From Hamiltosporidium tvaerminnensis FI-OER-3-3 (taxonomy: Eukaryota > Fungi > Microsporidia): 64,000 nucleotides of DNA. The position numbers were made by a program, and so were the translations under genes. The first letter of the stretch is position 1. Each line of letters starts with the position of its first letter. The stretch is taken from the NCBI GenBank assembly GCA_022605425.2, contig CM061254.1, positions 186,001-250,000 on the forward strand. The letters are read 5' to 3'. The notes beneath the pieces are model-generated. The model made no database searches and was not told the DNA's origin. It saw only the letters and a program-made list of their open reading frames with translations. This document shows positions 24,478-35,960 of this stretch, in pieces.

Positions 24478-25830
24478 ATGAACAATTCTACCTCCAATTC
24501 CACTTCCAATTCCACCACCAATTCCACCCCCCAATCACAACAACAATCACAACAACAAAGTCAAAGTCAACATACTCAAATCCAAACTCAAATAAATAAA
24601 AAACTTAAAAAAGCCTTATCCCTTACAAAAAAGCATTTTTTTCCATTTTCCCTTATATTTTCCCAAGATTACACCTCAGCAGCAAATTTATACAACGAAA
24701 TAGCCAATTCATATATTTCTATAAATAACCCCCTTAAATCCTATAAATATTATAATAAAGCTAGCACCTGTTATTTACTAGACAATGAAAAAGGATTATC
24801 CATGCATTGTCTTATAAAAGCAGGTGAAATTATTTATAAAAAAAATAAAATTTTAAGTGCTTATACATACATTAAAGGGGGTGATATTGGTATGGAAATA
24901 GGTAGTTATTGTATAAGTGGAGGTAGATATTTAGAAGCAGGTAGAATATTCTTAGAGATACACAAGAGTATAGATACTGGTGGTGATATTGGTTATGATA
25001 TTGGTTATGATATTGGTTGTGAGAGTGAGGGGTATGAGAGTGATAATAATAATAATAATAATAACGATATAAGTAGTAATAATATATATAACCCTTCTAC
25101 TACTGATAATACTAATAACCCTCCCCATACCCCTTCTTCTATTACTTCTACTAATCACTTTCTCTTTAAATCTCTGTTGGCTTATGAGAAGGGTGTTATG
25201 GCTTATAAATTAGCAAATATGAAAAATAACTTAAGAGGGGTGTTAAATGAATTAATAATAATTTTATTGAAATTAAAAAAATATAAAAAAGCTGGAAATA
25301 TTTTTATTAAAATGATTTGTGATGAAAGGAAGTATAATAATAGTTTTTATATGTTGTGTAGTGTTATGTGTTATAAGGTAAGTAAGAGTGGTGTGTATTG
25401 TGAGAATGAATATGTTTGTAATGGGAGTAGAGAGAGGGGGAGTATTATAGATAATGGTAAGGATTATAGTAAAGGTAAGGATTATATTAAAGATAGAGGT
25501 AGTAATCAGGATAATAAAGACATATATACAGATATATATAAAGATAATAATAATATTAAAAATAGAAATAAGAAAAATACAGATAATAATAATATATATA
25601 CAGATATATATAAGGATAATGCAGATATTTATGGTGATGAGGAGGTTGATATTGGGGGTTGTGTTTTACAGCTTGAGGAGGAGGAATTGAAGGTGTATGA
25701 AAGTTTAGGAACTGAGAGTTATGAAGAGGTGTGTGATAAGTATTTTAGATGTAGAAAAGTTGATGAGGAGATACTTTTGTTGTTTGAGGAGGTGGAAAGA
25801 ATAAATAGACCGGAGAATGATATATTATGA
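24478..25830 (+). CDS. Probable alpha-SNAP (Sec17-like) with low-complexity insertions
   Basis: YTSAANLYNEIANSY..YNKASTCY..LIKAGE..YLEAGRIF..AYEKG helical repeats and acidic-DIL C-terminus; Q/N/D-rich inserts. Confidence 0.6.
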   Translation: MNNSTSNSTSNSTTNSTPQSQQQSQQQSQSQHTQIQTQINKKLKKALSLTKKHFFPFSLIFSQDYTSAANLYNEIANSYISINNPLKSYKYYNKASTCYLLDNEKGLSMHCLIKAGEIIYKKNKILSAYTYIKGGDIGMEIGSYCISGGRYLEAGRIFLEIHKSIDTGGDIGYDIGYDIGCESEGYESDNNNNNNNDISSNNIYNPSTTDNTNNPPHTPSSITSTNHFLFKSLLAYEKGVMAYKLANMKNNLRGVLNELIIILLKLKKYKKAGNIFIKMICDERKYNNSFYMLCSVMCYKVSKSGVYCENEYVCNGSRERGSIIDNGKDYSKGKDYIKDRGSNQDNKDIYTDIYKDNNNIKNRNKKNTDNNNIYTDIYKDNADIYGDEEVDIGGCVLQLEEEELKVYESLGTESYEEVCDKYFRCRKVDEEILLLFEEVERINRPENDIL

Positions 25831-26816
25831 GAGGGGTGTGGATATTTGTGTTTAATAGATGTGTTTAATAGATGGGTTTAATAGGTGGGTTTAATAGATG
25901 GGTTTTATTGTGATAAACTTTTTTTTATCTTTTTAAGATATTGTAATTTGACAGGTGTTCAATAATTATTTTGATTAAGTGTATTATTGTATTGGTTGAT
26001 TGATTAGGTAGTTTAAGGTTTTATAATAAATGTTTTATTATGTGTGAATATTTTAGAAAATATTTGATTGATTAAAAATTTTTATATTTTAATTTATATA
26101 ATTTTATATTGATTGACTCTTTTATGTTTCACTGTATTTAAAGGTATTTTTATTTAGACTTAAGATTTTATTTAAAATATATTTTATTTAGAATAATGAA
26201 CTTTTTTAAAATATAAATTTAATTTTTTAGATTTTATTTGAGTTATAAATTTAATATTTTAGATTTTATTTATTCTATGAAGTAAAAATTTTAGATTTTA
26301 TTTATTTTATCAAGCAAATAAAGAACTTATAAATTGGTTTAAGTGATTGTAAAATATTAGAATTATTTTATTAAACAATAAAATATCGTTTTAATTTTAC
26401 CTTAAATAAAATCTAATTTAATATTTAAAATTAAAATTAAAATTTCAAATAAATGGTTAGATTTTAATTAAGACTCAAAAAAAATATTCTATTAAACAAT
26501 AAAATCTTAATAAGATATATTTTTCTTATAATTATATAATTATTTTGTATAAAAAGTTTATTATAATTGAATATATATAAAAAGAAATATAAATATATTA
26601 ATTAAATCAATCAGAATTGTTTTTTTCTTAAAATAATATATTAATTAAATTAATTAGAATTGTTTTTTTCTTAAAATATTATATAAAAATACAAGAAATA
26701 TATATCATATTTATATTTTTATAAAAAAGAGAAACAGTGGTTTTTTTTGAAAATTAAAGTGCTAATTTGATTGAATTTTTACAATTTGATTTAAACCTCC
26801 TTGATCAGAAAGCCAT

Positions 26817-27134
26817 ATGAAGTTACGATTATATTATAATTTGTATTTTTTGATTGGGATTTTATTGTATATTTTAGCAGAAAATATACAAAATTATAGA
26901 TTTACAGTGAATATTTCTGCAAATCCAATTATTTATACCGACGAATATAAAGTAGATCTTTATAATAGAGTAAGTGAAAAGTTATGTACTAATAAATTTT
27001 GTGATATATTGCAAGAATTGAGAAACAATACAAAAACACTGGAACAGTGTCGTGAAGAGATTTGTAATTGGGAGGATTTATTGGATGATGAAAGGGAATA
27101 TATTGATATGCTTTTTGTCTGTGGGGATTTTTAA
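26817..27134 (+). CDS. Small hypothetical secreted protein (105 aa, 5 Cys)
   Basis: ATG preceded by gcc; hydrophobic N-terminus LYFLIGILLYILA. Confidence 0.55.
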   Translation: MKLRLYYNLYFLIGILLYILAENIQNYRFTVNISANPIIYTDEYKVDLYNRVSEKLCTNKFCDILQELRNNTKTLEQCREEICNWEDLLDDEREYIDMLFVCGDF

Positions 27135-27613
27135 GATGGTTTTTTTGGTAGTTATTTTAGAAAATAAAGTATTTTTATTATGAAATATTGTGAAAAATAA
27201 AAAATTTATTTTTCTTTTTAAATATAACTTGTAGTAATAAGATTGTAAAATATTTGTTTACGAAATATATTATATTTAATATTATATTTGTATTATATTT
27301 GGGTTTGTATTTGGTATTATATTTGATATTATATTTGATATTATATTTGATATTATATTTGATATTATATTCTAAACTTTCTTTTATATTACTTTTAAGA
27401 ATAGTTGAGGAAGTAAATATTCATTTAAGCCACAGAACACGCTGTAAAGTAACTAATTAATATAACATATAGCCAAGTATAGACATATGCGGTCTTTTTA
27501 TATGTAAAATATAAGTTTTGAATATATAATTAGATCTTTTTTTATAATTTAATATTCTTTTAAATCCTTCAACTCTTTCCTTTTTTTTACAATCAGTTTC
27601 TATATATAACGAG

Positions 27614-27835
27614 GTCACCGATGGTCTAGTGGTATAGATATCGGAATTTACTACCAAAGATTGAGTTCAACTTTGGTGATGCATCCGTTTCTTTCGTTCG
27701 GAAAGGTTTGTGTGAGGCTGACAGCCTAATCTATTAGAAGAAAACTACCTTTGGAACGCTCATCACCTGGGCGAAGCTATTTTTCATCGTTAAATTGTGT
27801 TACATTCGTAGAGAAAGGACCGAGCTATTAAGTAA
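27614..27835 (+). mobile_element. tRNA-derived SINE with 12-bp TSD
   Basis: Head caccgaTGGTCTAGTGGta (A box) ... GAGTTCAACT (B-box-like) ... ggtgatgca, resembling a degenerate tRNA; flanked by identical ATATATAACGAG at 27602-27613 and 27836-27847. Confidence 0.7.
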
Positions 27836-29603
27836 ATATATAACGAGACAAGATTAAATAATTTTATTTTTTTCTCTTTAAAAACGCAAGTTTAAATTTT
27901 AGTTTATAAGTCGATATTTAGAAGACTATAACAAGCTTCAATTGTATATCAGTTATTCTAATATTAGAAATTTTAGAGTCACATTTTTTAAATAATTGTG
28001 TAGTCAATATAAATAGTTATTAAGTAAATCTTGTGGCTTAATAAGTATATATTTGTATCAAAATTTTAATTTTAATTTGAATATATTCTATGTACAATTG
28101 ATTTATATAAATTACGTATTCGAAGCAAGCCTATAAAATAGTTTAATAAACAGTATTGTGTTATGTATTTTTTATATCCCACAATATTTGTCTTTAAATT
28201 TATTATTTTCTGAATTTAATTTTTTATTCTTTAAAATTTTAAATTCTATGCTTCAAATACTTTCTTTATATTTGCTTCCGTATATAGATTGGTAATTTTC
28301 TAAATTATGAAAAAATAACGGCTATACCAAAAATTAGGTCTTAATCTAAATAAGTATTTTAATTTTGTTGTTTGTAAAATTTAATTATAAAATTCATTTC
28401 GATAAGAAAATAAAATATTTAAACCTTTTTTTAAGCAATGAGAAAACATAGGATAATGATATGATTGATTCTTTATAAAATATATTTTGTTATTTGGCAA
28501 TAGAACTCTTAATTAGCGATTTAAAATATATTTTAACAACATTGTTTTATAAGACTAACTCTTTGGCTATTAAGTCTTACGTTTTAGTTTAAATGCTTCG
28601 ACTAGTTAGAATGGAGCTTAATATAGAATTAAACATCAAAAGATCGTATTTTTTTTATTTAATATCTAGAATAAATACAGAAAGCCTAATATTCAGACTT
28701 TAGCATCAGGTTTATTTAATATTTACTTTTAAATCTATATTGTATATTTTAAAGAATTTCTTGAAATATGAGACTTTTAATTCGTTTTAAAGACTTAAAT
28801 TTATATCTATTTAGTAAGAGTAAATGTCGACATCTAATCTATTTATTTTACTATATAGTGTAGTAATATCCATAGATTGTTTTTAAATCAAAGTTTCGAT
28901 ATACTTTAGATATTTTTATATGTGTTATAAATAGGCAACCTTTGCCTGGCCTTTAAGATGATATTTTCTTGATATTAAAATACCATGACTAATTTAAATA
29001 ACCGATTTTCTTTCCTTTTTTCATTTCGTAGAGTTAAACAGCAAATATTTCATGATTTCTATATCTGATAACTTTACAGTTTTATGTAAATTTACTGGGT
29101 AAATGTTTTATACTTATCTTTAAATTCGTGCTTTATTTTATATGAATTGTTTAGTAAACTTTTTATCAAGACAGGGGGTTTGATTAATGTGCATAACTTT
29201 TGGTAATTCTGGTTATAAAATAGAGTTTTTTTTACTTTTTGTTGTAGAAATTTATGTATTTTAGAATTATATGTTCGCTTCGCAACTCAACACTATGAAA
29301 GCATTTCTCATGTTCTAACTAGGAGGGTTCATAAAAAAAAATTAACTTGTAGCATAAAATTTTCTCTTTTCCTAATCTAGCAACAAGTATGACTCAAGTA
29401 AATATTAACCTTTTAATTTTTTATTTGAGTCATGTTGAATAGCTATTAAAGAAAAAAAATTTATTATTCATACTCGTTAAAATAAATGTATGGAAAATAA
29501 AAAAGGGAAGAATATTTGAACAATAAAAATTAAATAATAAAATAGAAAAGAAGAAAAAGTTTCAAAAAAAATATTAAGAAATATTTCCATCGAGAATTAA
29601 CTT

Positions 29604-30980
29604 TTAATAGATTCGAAAGAAAGAAAGTAGCTTGAAGAACGGAGAAAAAACCCAATTAAATATTACTGTTAGTTTATTTTCCTGTTCTTCTTCTCCCTCT
29701 TCCTGTTCTTCTTCTCCCTCTTCTTGTTCTTCTTCTGATACTTCTTGTTCCTCTTCTCCCTCTTCTTCTTCTCCCTCTTCTTCTGATACTTCTTGTTCCT
29801 CTTCTTCTGATACTTCTTGTTCCTCTTCTTCTTCTCCCTCTTCTTCTTTTTCTTCTCCTTTCGATTCTCCTTTTGATACTTCCTCAATGAGTTTTTCTTT
29901 ATCTTTTCCCTCTTCTTCTTCTCTCTCTTCTTCTTCTCTCTCTTCTTCTTCTTCTTCTGATACTTCTTGTTCCTCTTCTTCTGATACTTCTTGTTCCTCT
30001 TCTTCTAATACTTCTTGTTCCTCTTCTTCTTCTCCCTCTTCTTCTTTTTTTTCTCCTTTCGATTCTCCTTTTGATACTTCCTCAATGAGTTTTTCTTTAT
30101 CTTTTCCCTCTTCTTCTTTTCCCTCTTCTTCTTCTTCTTCTCTCTCTTCTTCTTCTTCTTCTGATACTTCTTGTTCCTCTTCTTCTGATACTACTTCTTT
30201 CTCTTCTTCTGATACTAATCCGAAAAGTTTTTCTTCATTTAATCCTTTATCGGTTTCACTTTCTTTTTTTAGCTTAGCCTTATTATTGTCCACAACATCT
30301 ACTCCACCAATATCATCAGAATCCTTTTCACTGATTTCCTTTGATATTTTAGCTCCATTGGTTTCATCAGAACCTACATTTTCAATTTTTGCTCCACCTT
30401 TAACCTCATTTTCTTTTGGCTCTCTTGTTTGAAGATTCTCAGGATCCTCTATTTTCTCATCTTTAATAGATATACTACCTCTCTTAGAAGAATTCCCCTC
30501 TTTTACCAGGATCTGATTATCTTCAATTCTAATAGAATTTTTCGGTGATGAATCGTCTCCAAGAAACACATCAGATACCTCACTTGAATCTTGTTTTACA
30601 TCATTTAAAGCCTCGGTTGTTTGTATAACAATGTTAGATCTTGGTGTTGGCACAGGATGTTTTCCAGACTTTTCGTTCGGATTTTCAGATAATATTAAAC
30701 CTGTGACGGCTTCTTTTCCTTTAAAAACAGATGGATTTTCATAAATCTCACCACCCGTTGCTGCCTTTTCACCTTCTTCGATCATTAATAGCTGATTTGT
30801 ACTTACTTGAACAGGTTTAGATTCCGGAACATCTAATACCTCGGTATACTCTGAATCCCGAATACCTGACAAACTTTCTCTTTTTTTCATTCCATCAACT
30901 TCCTTATCAACTTTTTCATTTGCCTGTGCACATTTTATCAAGTTTTTGTTAAAAAGTAAATATAGAAGTACCAACATCAT
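29604..30980 (-). CDS. Secreted/surface Glu-rich protein with internal repeats and aromatic C-terminal tail
   Basis: Signal peptide ending NKNLIKCA; EEEEQEVS repeats and a duplicated GKDKEKLIEEVSKGESKGE block; tail IFNWVFSPFFKLLSFFRIY. Confidence 0.8.
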   Translation of the reverse strand: MMLVLLYLLFNKNLIKCAQANEKVDKEVDGMKKRESLSGIRDSEYTEVLDVPESKPVQVSTNQLLMIEEGEKAATGGEIYENPSVFKGKEAVTGLILSENPNEKSGKHPVPTPRSNIVIQTTEALNDVKQDSSEVSDVFLGDDSSPKNSIRIEDNQILVKEGNSSKRGSISIKDEKIEDPENLQTREPKENEVKGGAKIENVGSDETNGAKISKEISEKDSDDIGGVDVVDNNKAKLKKESETDKGLNEEKLFGLVSEEEKEVVSEEEEQEVSEEEEEEREEEEEEGKEEEGKDKEKLIEEVSKGESKGEKKEEEGEEEEEQEVLEEEEQEVSEEEEQEVSEEEEEEREEEEREEEEGKDKEKLIEEVSKGESKGEEKEEEGEEEEEQEVSEEEEQEVSEEEGEEEEGEEEQEVSEEEQEEGEEEQEEGEEEQENKLTVIFNWVFSPFFKLLSFFRIY

Positions 30981-32532
30981 TTTTGAAGGTCAAAGTCATT
31001 TATTTTATAAAAACGAAAGATAATTATCACTGAATGTTCTTTAGATTAATTTTTTTAATTTAATTAATCAAAAGCTATAGAAAAAACTAAAGATTTCAGC
31101 AAGAAAGCGTTATTTAGATTAATTTTTTTAATTTAAAATATTTTGGTAAATTAAAATGTAATTAAAACTTATATAGAAGTTCTAACTGATAAAACTTTCT
31201 AGTTTTTTAAAATAGTAGAATATTCGTGTCTAAACATCTCATGTTCAACAAGAAATATTTCAGGAAATTGTAATGTAAATTTAAATCTTTGAGTAACAGA
31301 AACAAACTCATCTCATTTTAAAATTTATGACATCAAAATATTCGTAAGAAAGAAACAAAATACTAAAATCTTTCAATGAGTCAGAAAATATATTTAATCT
31401 AGAATAAATTGAAATAAGAAATCAAAAATCATCTTATGATATCTTCAATTCATTTAGTTACTTGTTTCGAAAAAATAGAAGATTTTGCTTTACAGAGTAC
31501 CCAAATCTAGTTTCGGGTAAATACATACTTATTTATAAATAAATTTTCATTTAGGTTTTGAATGCTAAATTAGAAGTTCCTCTCCTTAAATAACCTGAAA
31601 CTAGGTGGACACAAAGAAGAGTATACGGAATGTAAACTTATTGAACTCGTTAAAAACACTGTTAATTAATTTAAGACAGAAATAAACATTTTTAATCGCA
31701 ACCGAACCACAGGATTCACTATACATAGATTATGAAAGAAGCTAGTAGCGTATAGCCTGCTAACCTAGTATTTAAGTATCCCCAATAAATTTTTATACGC
31801 CAATACCTTATATTATAGGATGGTGATATTTCAGAAATATACCGTAATATTTCAATTCGACGGTACTATATATTCCTTATGATAGCATAATATCATTCAA
31901 AGTAATTAAAAAAATTGATTTCTATATTTATAGATGAATATTTCTAGAATTATACCGAATTATAAGAAAAACTGTGAAAGTATATATCTAGTCTAATCTA
32001 GGAACTAGTGATGTAAAAATATACTTTAACCAATACAATAAATATCTATGAATTCTGAAACTATATGCACAGTTTTAAATTCTATAAGCAGCAAAGCAAA
32101 AATATTTGTACATAGATTACATGAGATTTAAATAAAGAAAGGAAAAGTAAGCAAGCAAGCTAAAATAATAGGATTTTTAAACATATATAAAAGACTGTAA
32201 ATTTATAAAGATTTAAACAAAACATTGGAAATAAACTAAGAAATCTATTAATTATTCTAACAAAAATAGAGAATTCAAGACTCAAGACTAAAAAAAACTT
32301 TAAATTTATGTACATTTTTCGTTGTTTTTTATTCTCTAAATCAAAAAGTTTTAGAAATAATATTATCTCTTTAAATCTAACTCATGCACTATTTATTAAC
32401 CACCTACATATAAAAGTTGCTGCAAAGTCAAGCATGATTTAATACTAATAATTTAATGTTCTGTCTAAATAACAAATCTAACATTTTTACTTAACATTAT
32501 TCAGTTACGAAACAAAAAATTTAGAAAAATTG

Positions 32533-33228
32533 AGTGAAGAGAAAGTAACAAAAAGTATATTTAAAACTATCTGGATCTCAATGTGTATCTGAGATAGATA
32601 AGTATCTTAATCCTAGTGTTTTATGAAGAAGTAAATCCGTAGGAATGCAAGATGATTTATAAAAATTCGTATATCGAAGCAAAGGTCTAAAAAAAGTAAA
32701 ACTCTTTATAAAAACTTAGTTTTTAGTTTTTTTTACCGCTATATAGGAATCTATGGCTATATATTATATTTCTATCTTAAAACAGGGAAGCTTAATCTTT
32801 TTCGCGCAGGCAAAAGAAATTGGATTAGAAAAATGCCAGAAAACATATTTCCAAAAAATCTGAAAACCAAGTGGCAGGTTACGCTGTTGTTTAGTATTGC
32901 AACGTATATTAGTACTTTACGTAAGTCGATATATTTTGAAAATTGTAGAGTAAGTCAGAATTCTGCTGGCCCTAGAGTATACAAGGCAGGTCACAATCTG
33001 CTATCACACACCATGCCACGTTATATATACAAACCACAGGTAAATCCCTTCCTGTATATGAATTTTAAGCCCTATGTAGATTAAAAAACCGTGTTGATAA
33101 TAGTAGAAGATCTCTTCGAGCGATGCCGGTGTGGTTTCTTCTTAAACTATAAAGCAGAATTAATGTCTTTAAAACAATAAAACACACTAATCTTTTTTTA
33201 AAACCGTGATATTCATTCAAAAAAAAAA
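32533..33228 (+). mobile_element. Old, diverged copy of the ~725-nt structured element
   Basis: ccaagtggcaggttacgctgttg, tgtagagtaagtcagaattctgc, atcacacaccatgccacg, ttaatgtctttaaaacaataaaacac and an A-run, colinear with copy A. Confidence 0.6.
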
Positions 33229-33365
33229 GCCACGTAGAGAATCGATAAAGATATCGGAATTATATAAAAAGAAAACTAAGCATCACATGATATATGAAAG
33301 AAACCTATTAATAATTTTTTTAAAAAAAGTCAAAAGTCATGTTTTAAGATTTAAAAAATTCTTTT

Positions 33366-34250
33366 TTAATTGAATCCAAAAAAGGAACCTAACCTGAAGA
33401 AAAAAGAATATATCCAATCAAAAAATGTTTGCGGTTTTTCTTCTGGTCCTTCAATTTCTTCGGAATCATCGTTTTCATTAGTCGAAGAGCATTCTTCTTC
33501 TGTTTTTTCTGATTCATTGTTTCCCTCGTAACAGTCATTTTCACCTTCTCCTATTATTTTCTCAGAAACATCTTCTCCTTGATACTCACTTGTTTCGGAT
33601 TCCCTTGAAACTTTTAGCTCCTCAATTTTTTTGAGTATCTCAGCTAAATCAGGAAACCCACCTTCATTCTTCTTCAGTATTTTTTCGGCTTTTTTGGATT
33701 TAATCGATCGATCTTTTCCAACAGATATATCATCTGCGTTGCCTTCTTCTTCTTTGGTGTCCAAATGACCCGTGCATTGACATTCTTCGTCTTCCCCAGT
33801 TTTTGTAAGTTGCTTACCGTCACCAAATATTACCATAATAAGATTTCTTGACAGAAATTCGATTGCTTCACATGTTTCGGGCGAGTAATTACATTTAGGC
33901 TTAATACTTGATCCAGATGCTACATAATCAGCCGAGTTCAGAATATCTGACGTATTGTCTTTTTCTTCTTGAATATCCGTCTTCTTCATTAAAAGTGTAA
34001 TATTTTTACCGAATTCAACCGAAGGCATACTTGTCATGCCCTCAGGAAGAGTTTTGTCTGTTATCATCGGGTTTTCCTCATAGTCGCGTATTTTATCAGA
34101 AGCTTCGTCTATATTCACGGTCGAAACTTCATTGAACGGACCAATTCCGGACCTTTCTTTGTTCTGATCCACACTCGTATCCAATATATCGCTTAAATGC
34201 GCACATTTTACTAAATTTTTGTTTAGAAAGCAATAAAAGATGAATATCAT
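33366..34250 (-). CDS. Paralog of 29604-30980, acidic secreted protein
   Basis: Signal peptide ending NKNLVKCA; acidic C-terminal half; tail FFDWIYSFFFRLGSFFGFN. Confidence 0.8.
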   Translation of the reverse strand: MIFIFYCFLNKNLVKCAHLSDILDTSVDQNKERSGIGPFNEVSTVNIDEASDKIRDYEENPMITDKTLPEGMTSMPSVEFGKNITLLMKKTDIQEEKDNTSDILNSADYVASGSSIKPKCNYSPETCEAIEFLSRNLIMVIFGDGKQLTKTGEDEECQCTGHLDTKEEEGNADDISVGKDRSIKSKKAEKILKKNEGGFPDLAEILKKIEELKVSRESETSEYQGEDVSEKIIGEGENDCYEGNNESEKTEEECSSTNENDDSEEIEGPEEKPQTFFDWIYSFFFRLGSFFGFN

Positions 34251-35226
34251 TTTTGGGCTAACAATTCATTTATATTTATAAGAAAAAAAATTGAAAAACC
34301 GCCTACAATAGTTTAAATATTCCCTAAATGGCCAAGTAATATTTAATTAATTTGTATAATTTACTTCACAAGTAAATTGTTATTTTCTTTTCAGTAATTA
34401 AAATCTTTTAGATAATTGAAAAGAGGATTGATTAATGCGTAAGTTGAACATAAATCGGATATATTATTTAAACTTATTGAGTTATTCTTTGATTGTAATT
34501 TGATTAAAATATAAAGCAAGTTTTCTAAAATGTACAACAAATTTTAAAACTACATTTCTTATTACAAAATAAAATGTAGAACATTTATAAAGATTATAAA
34601 ATGAAATAATTCTTAATTAAATGTACATTAAAATTACTAAAAAAACACAAATAAAGAATAAAAAAAAGCGATGATCCCTATTTAAGATATTATATAATAT
34701 GATTGTCGGTGTCTACGGGCAGTATCAAGATATTTACCAAGTTTATTATATTGGCTTAACATACATCTACGTCTTTAAATATTTCTAATAAAGTTCGAAC
34801 ATAAATTACAAATTCTTCTGTTTAAAAGATCTCAAAAAAGGTAAAAAAAAGTGTAAAATTCAATCTGAAATGTAAAAATCCATTGAAATAGTTTACAAAT
34901 GTGATCTTTTTTTACTCATAAAGTAAAAAGTGTCATATTACTGCTTTTAATACAATTGAAATCACAAGAAAAACAACTTTTTTTATAAAAATTGGCGAAA
35001 ATTTTCTTTAGTGAGTAAAAATTATTATTTTAACTCAGAATTCTGTAAAAATAAAATTATAAAATATAATTTCCACATTATTTTTGTACAGCCTTTACGT
35101 CCTAAAAACCGAAATATTTTATTCGACGGGGAAATACAAACAATTTTCTCTAAATATAAAGAAGTATAAATTTAATATTTAAATTTTCAATTTAATAATA
35201 TTTTAAGCTATATTTAATACTTAAAA

Positions 35227-35960
35227 CTTTATTTAAAAGTATCACATCTTTTTTAAAATAGTGGCAAGTGTTATATTTTTTTATGATATTAACACAGTTC
35301 TAGGTTTAACATAAATGAGTGCTACCCCAAAACGCCTCCAGTACCACCTCCCCCTTCGATACCTACATTTCAAAGCCTTTCATCTACCAGATGTGTAGAA
35401 CCTAATTGAGAGGCGAGGCAGTTGCCTGGATTTCGTTAATGTCGTTTGCACGGAGTGTGATCGAAGGCCGAAGCCCCCCCTGGGCTCTCCCAAGACCTTG
35501 CAGCATTTCCACATACTCTACACTTGCTTAACCCAATAAACTTCCAGCCAAGATATATTTCAGAAATTTACATGGGGTCCACCTAGACAGTGCAATGTCA
35601 TACCAACAGGTATAACCTGCTACTTAGCTCTCCCGGCTTTTAATGGTTTTTATTTTTATATCTCCCAGGCGCCAAGTCTTCTAACCCGAGTGAGCAAGGC
35701 TAGGTTTCCATGCTTTTACATGGCAATTACCTACATTATTAGCCGCGGTTTGCAATCTGGTTACTTAAAAAACTACAAATAAATCGTAGAAAAAGTTTCT
35801 CTATTTCGTAGACCTTCTCCTCCTCAAAATAACACCCATGGAACAACCGAAGATGTAGTGTGGTTTTATTTCCACCAAAAATCCAAACAATAATCACACA
35901 CCAGTTTCACACACTCATTGCCAAGCAGAAAGTTTTTTATGTGGTTATCCTCCCTCCACT
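35227..35960 (-). mobile_element. Structured element, copy B, with 14-bp TSD (1 mismatch)
   Basis: Reverse complement of copy A; flanks TTTAATACTTAAAA (35213-35226) and TTTGATACTTAAAA (35961-35974). Confidence 0.9.

Noticed and set aside
27614-27690. Functional tRNA gene
   Set aside because: Anticodon and T arms do not form a canonical cloverleaf; better explained as a SINE head.
29632-30432. Ser-rich + strand ORF and the K/R-rich 29669-29887 ORF
   Set aside because: Antisense and alternate-frame shadows of the Glu-rich gene.
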